NCBI GenBank assembly: GCA_963792585.1 | Contig: CAWBWI010000006.1 | Span: forward strand, 832,001-896,000 | DNA: 64,000 bases | Reading direction: 5' to 3' | Origin: Candidatus Eiseniibacteriota bacterium | GTDB lineage: Bacteria; Eisenbacteria; RBG-16-71-46; CAIMUX01; VGJL01 | Shown: one piece after another, positions 62,074 through 64,000 of the stretch | How positions within the stretch are numbered: position 1 is the stretch's first letter | Layout: the number at the start of each line of letters is the position of its first letter | Program-made: the position numbers and the translations under genes | Notes under the pieces: model-generated | Databases searched by the model: none | Seen by the model: only the letters and a program-made list of their open reading frames with translations | What the model was told of the DNA's origin: nothing

Positions 62074-64000
62074 TCATTGGACGGTCCATGTCAGATCGAT
62101 GAGAACGGATCGACCGGGGAGCGGAAACCCGTCAACATCCTGCGCGCGGCGATCGGCGAGATTGCGGACGGTGACGGTGGCCTCGAGGGGCCGCCGCGGG
62201 AGTTTCCACGTCATCTCGATATCCTGAAGGACGCGACTTCCCCGCCGGCGCTCGGCGGTGTTGTAACGGTCCCGCTCGATCGAGGATTCCGTGTCGATCG
62301 TGTGTGCGAGACGGATCGAGGCGTTCTCGTACCGCGTTTCGATCGATGCCTGGGCGAGCGGCTGATACGGCAGGCGTTTGCCATGGTAGACAGGGCTCGG
62401 GCCGTCGTCGCGGGCGTCCTGGACGGAGGTCGTCGCCGTGAGGCCGAGGACGGACCGCGATCGGATCGTAAGCGTTCCGCGCGCCACGAGTTCGGCGCCG
62501 CGGACCCGCGTGCGTTCGAGGTTCTGGGCACGCGTCGTGCGCTGGCTGTTCTGGATCCAGACGATCGCCTCTCGTGTGCGCGTCTCGAAGGCGGCGGCCT
62601 CGATCGATGTCCGCAAGCTCGGAGTCGGTATCCACCTCGCGTTCGCACCGACGTCCCACGCGACTCCGCGCTCAGGAACCAGCTCCGGATTCCCGACCTG
62701 GATCCCCGACTGGCCGTAGAGCTCCGTGAAAGTCGGGAGGCGGAGGGTCTGACCCCAGGAACCGCGAAGGGTCACGCCGCCGCCCAATTCGTACGAAGCG
62801 CCGACGCGTGCGTGCGGAAGGGTGCGATCGCCCCGGACGGCATCGTCCCCCGGAAGATCCGGAGAGCTCGGAGTGCCGCCATCGAGCTGCTCGTCCACGA
62901 AAAGAACCCGTTCGTCCGCCGAGACGGTCGCTCTTCCGAGTCGATATCCGAGCTCGATTCCTGCGCTGCGCGAGAGCCTCCGTCGCGTTGGACCCGTGGT
63001 CCCCCGGAGGCGATCTTCAGGCGTCCAACGCTCCCGCACGATCGTCGCGTCGAGCCGTCCGCGCACGGCCGCCCCCGTAGGACCACCGCTCAACGTGGCG
63101 CGCAGTCCGTCGGCGATCAGCCGACTTCGCGTATCGGCGCGGCCGAGCCCGACCTCCGCCGCGGGATTGCGGTAGTGGTCGATGTCCTCCTGCCTGTGGA
63201 GGGTAAACTTCCAGTCCACGCGGCTCGCGGCGGGGGTTAGCACCGCCCCATGGGCATCGGCATCGGCCGGCGTCGAGGGGTCTCCACGCGAGCCGATCGA
63301 GAGGCTCTGCATCCACCTGCGGAAGCGATCCCGGACGTGGTGCGTCTGGAGATTCTCCGTGCCCGGTACGCCGGTGTCCTTCCAAAGACCGTGACCGGTG
63401 GTCTCGACTTGCACATTGCCGGCCGTCGCGAGCGCACGCAACAGGAGGTCCTCTTGGTGGAAGGCATTATTGGTCCTGCGCACGATCCGATCGTCCGAGG
63501 ACTCGAATCGCGTGCCGCCACGGTCGAGATAGGGATAGTCGCCGCGGCTGGACAGACGGCCTCCCGCGGCAAGGAACGAGAAGGAACCATGCGCGACGCC
63601 GCCGGCACCGGAGAAGCTCGTGGTCCCGAACGAGCCGGCAGACGCCCGGAAGCGAAACGGAGAATCGAATCGCGCGGGAGAGATCAGACGGACGGACCCG
63701 GCCGCGGCATGGTCCGAGCCGCCGGAGAGCGGGCCGCTTGCAATCTCGACGCGGTCGAATAGCCGTATCGGAAGCAGAGCTAGATTGGCCATCGCGTCGG
63801 AGGCGCTCGAGAGCGGGACATCGTCGATGTAGATCTGCACCTGGGATGGGCTGCTGCCGCGTACCGAGGCGAGACTCATCGATCCGAGTCCGCCGTATCG
63901 GCGGACGCTTACGCCGGCGGCGCGATCGAGCAGGTCCCCAAGATCGGCATTCGTGGGCACGTCCGCGCCCAGAGGAACGACCTGCACGAATCCGCGCGCG
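62074..64000 (-). CDS. TonB-dependent receptor (BtuB-like), 5' end outside the window
   Basis: Plug motif GVSVRRYGGLG...SVRGSSPSQVQIYIDDVPL; RLPTFTELYG...GNPELVPE; C-terminal NLAD...FPLPGRS. Confidence 0.88.
   Translation of the reverse strand, partial: ARGFVQVVPLGADVPTNADLGDLLDRAAGVSVRRYGGLGSMSLASVRGSSPSQVQIYIDDVPLSSASDAMANLALLPIRLFDRVEIASGPLSGGSDHAAAGSVRLISPARFDSPFRFRASAGSFGTTSFSGAGGVAHGSFSFLAAGGRLSSRGDYPYLDRGGTRFESSDDRIVRRTNNAFHQEDLLLRALATAGNVQVETTGHGLWKDTGVPGTENLQTHHVRDRFRRWMQSLSIGSRGDPSTPADADAHGAVLTPAASRVDWKFTLHRQEDIDHYRNPAAEVGLGRADTRSRLIADGLRATLSGGPTGAAVRGRLDATIVRERWTPEDRLRGTTGPTRRRLSRSAGIELGYRLGRATVSADERVLFVDEQLDGGTPSSPDLPGDDAVRGDRTLPHARVGASYELGGGVTLRGSWGQTLRLPTFTELYGQSGIQVGNPELVPERGVAWDVGANARWIPTPSLRTSIEAAAFETRTREAIVWIQNSQRTTRAQNLERTRVRGAELVARGTLTIRSRSVLGLTATTSVQDARDDGPSPVYHGKRLPYQPLAQASIETRYENASIRLAHTIDTESSIERDRYNTAERRRGSRVLQDIEMTWKLPRRPLEATVTVRNLADRRAQDVDGFPLPGRSVLIDLTWTVQ

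Overview
GC-rich bacterial DNA. Six secreted proteins ending in a FlgD-Ig/T9SS-like C-terminal domain, plus C25 peptidases and multiheme cytochromes, suggest an FCB-associated candidate lineage such as Eisenbacteria (inference only). Layout: (1) 0.2-15.8 kb, secreted and envelope proteins (two C25 gingipain-like proteins, a beta-helix protein, a STAS protein, lipoproteins, an outer-membrane barrel). (2) 16.8-29.6 kb, the most interesting part: a co-oriented, tightly coupled cluster with a complete ubiquitin-like cascade (FHA-RING E3, E1, UBC-type E2, beta-grasp Ubl ending AGGC, JAB isopeptidase) joined to a pupylation module (ARC/Mpa-like AAA ATPase, Dop-like, Pup-like tag ending GGQ, PafA-like). 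There are no 20S proteasome genes, and the ATPase has no GQYL docking tail. (3) 29.8-42.6 kb, miscellaneous genes and a poly-gamma-glutamate locus (CapA-family fusion, Ntn hydrolase, capB, capC, pgsW). (4) 42.8-57.3 kb, pyruvate:ferredoxin oxidoreductase and a DHOD-like gene, divergent from a porin plus multiheme cytochrome cluster (46 CxxCH motifs plus one CX3CH). (5) 57.3-64 kb, a RelA/SpoT-like nucleotidyltransferase, a rhodanese-methyltransferase, a B3/4 protein, TonB, and a TonB-dependent receptor with a beta-propeller lipoprotein. Clustered frameshifts at 39-41 kb, 44.6 kb and 57.8-58.3 kb look like sequencing errors. I saw no rRNA, tRNA, CRISPR array, integrase or transposase. All family assignments come from motif recognition by eye, not from database searches.
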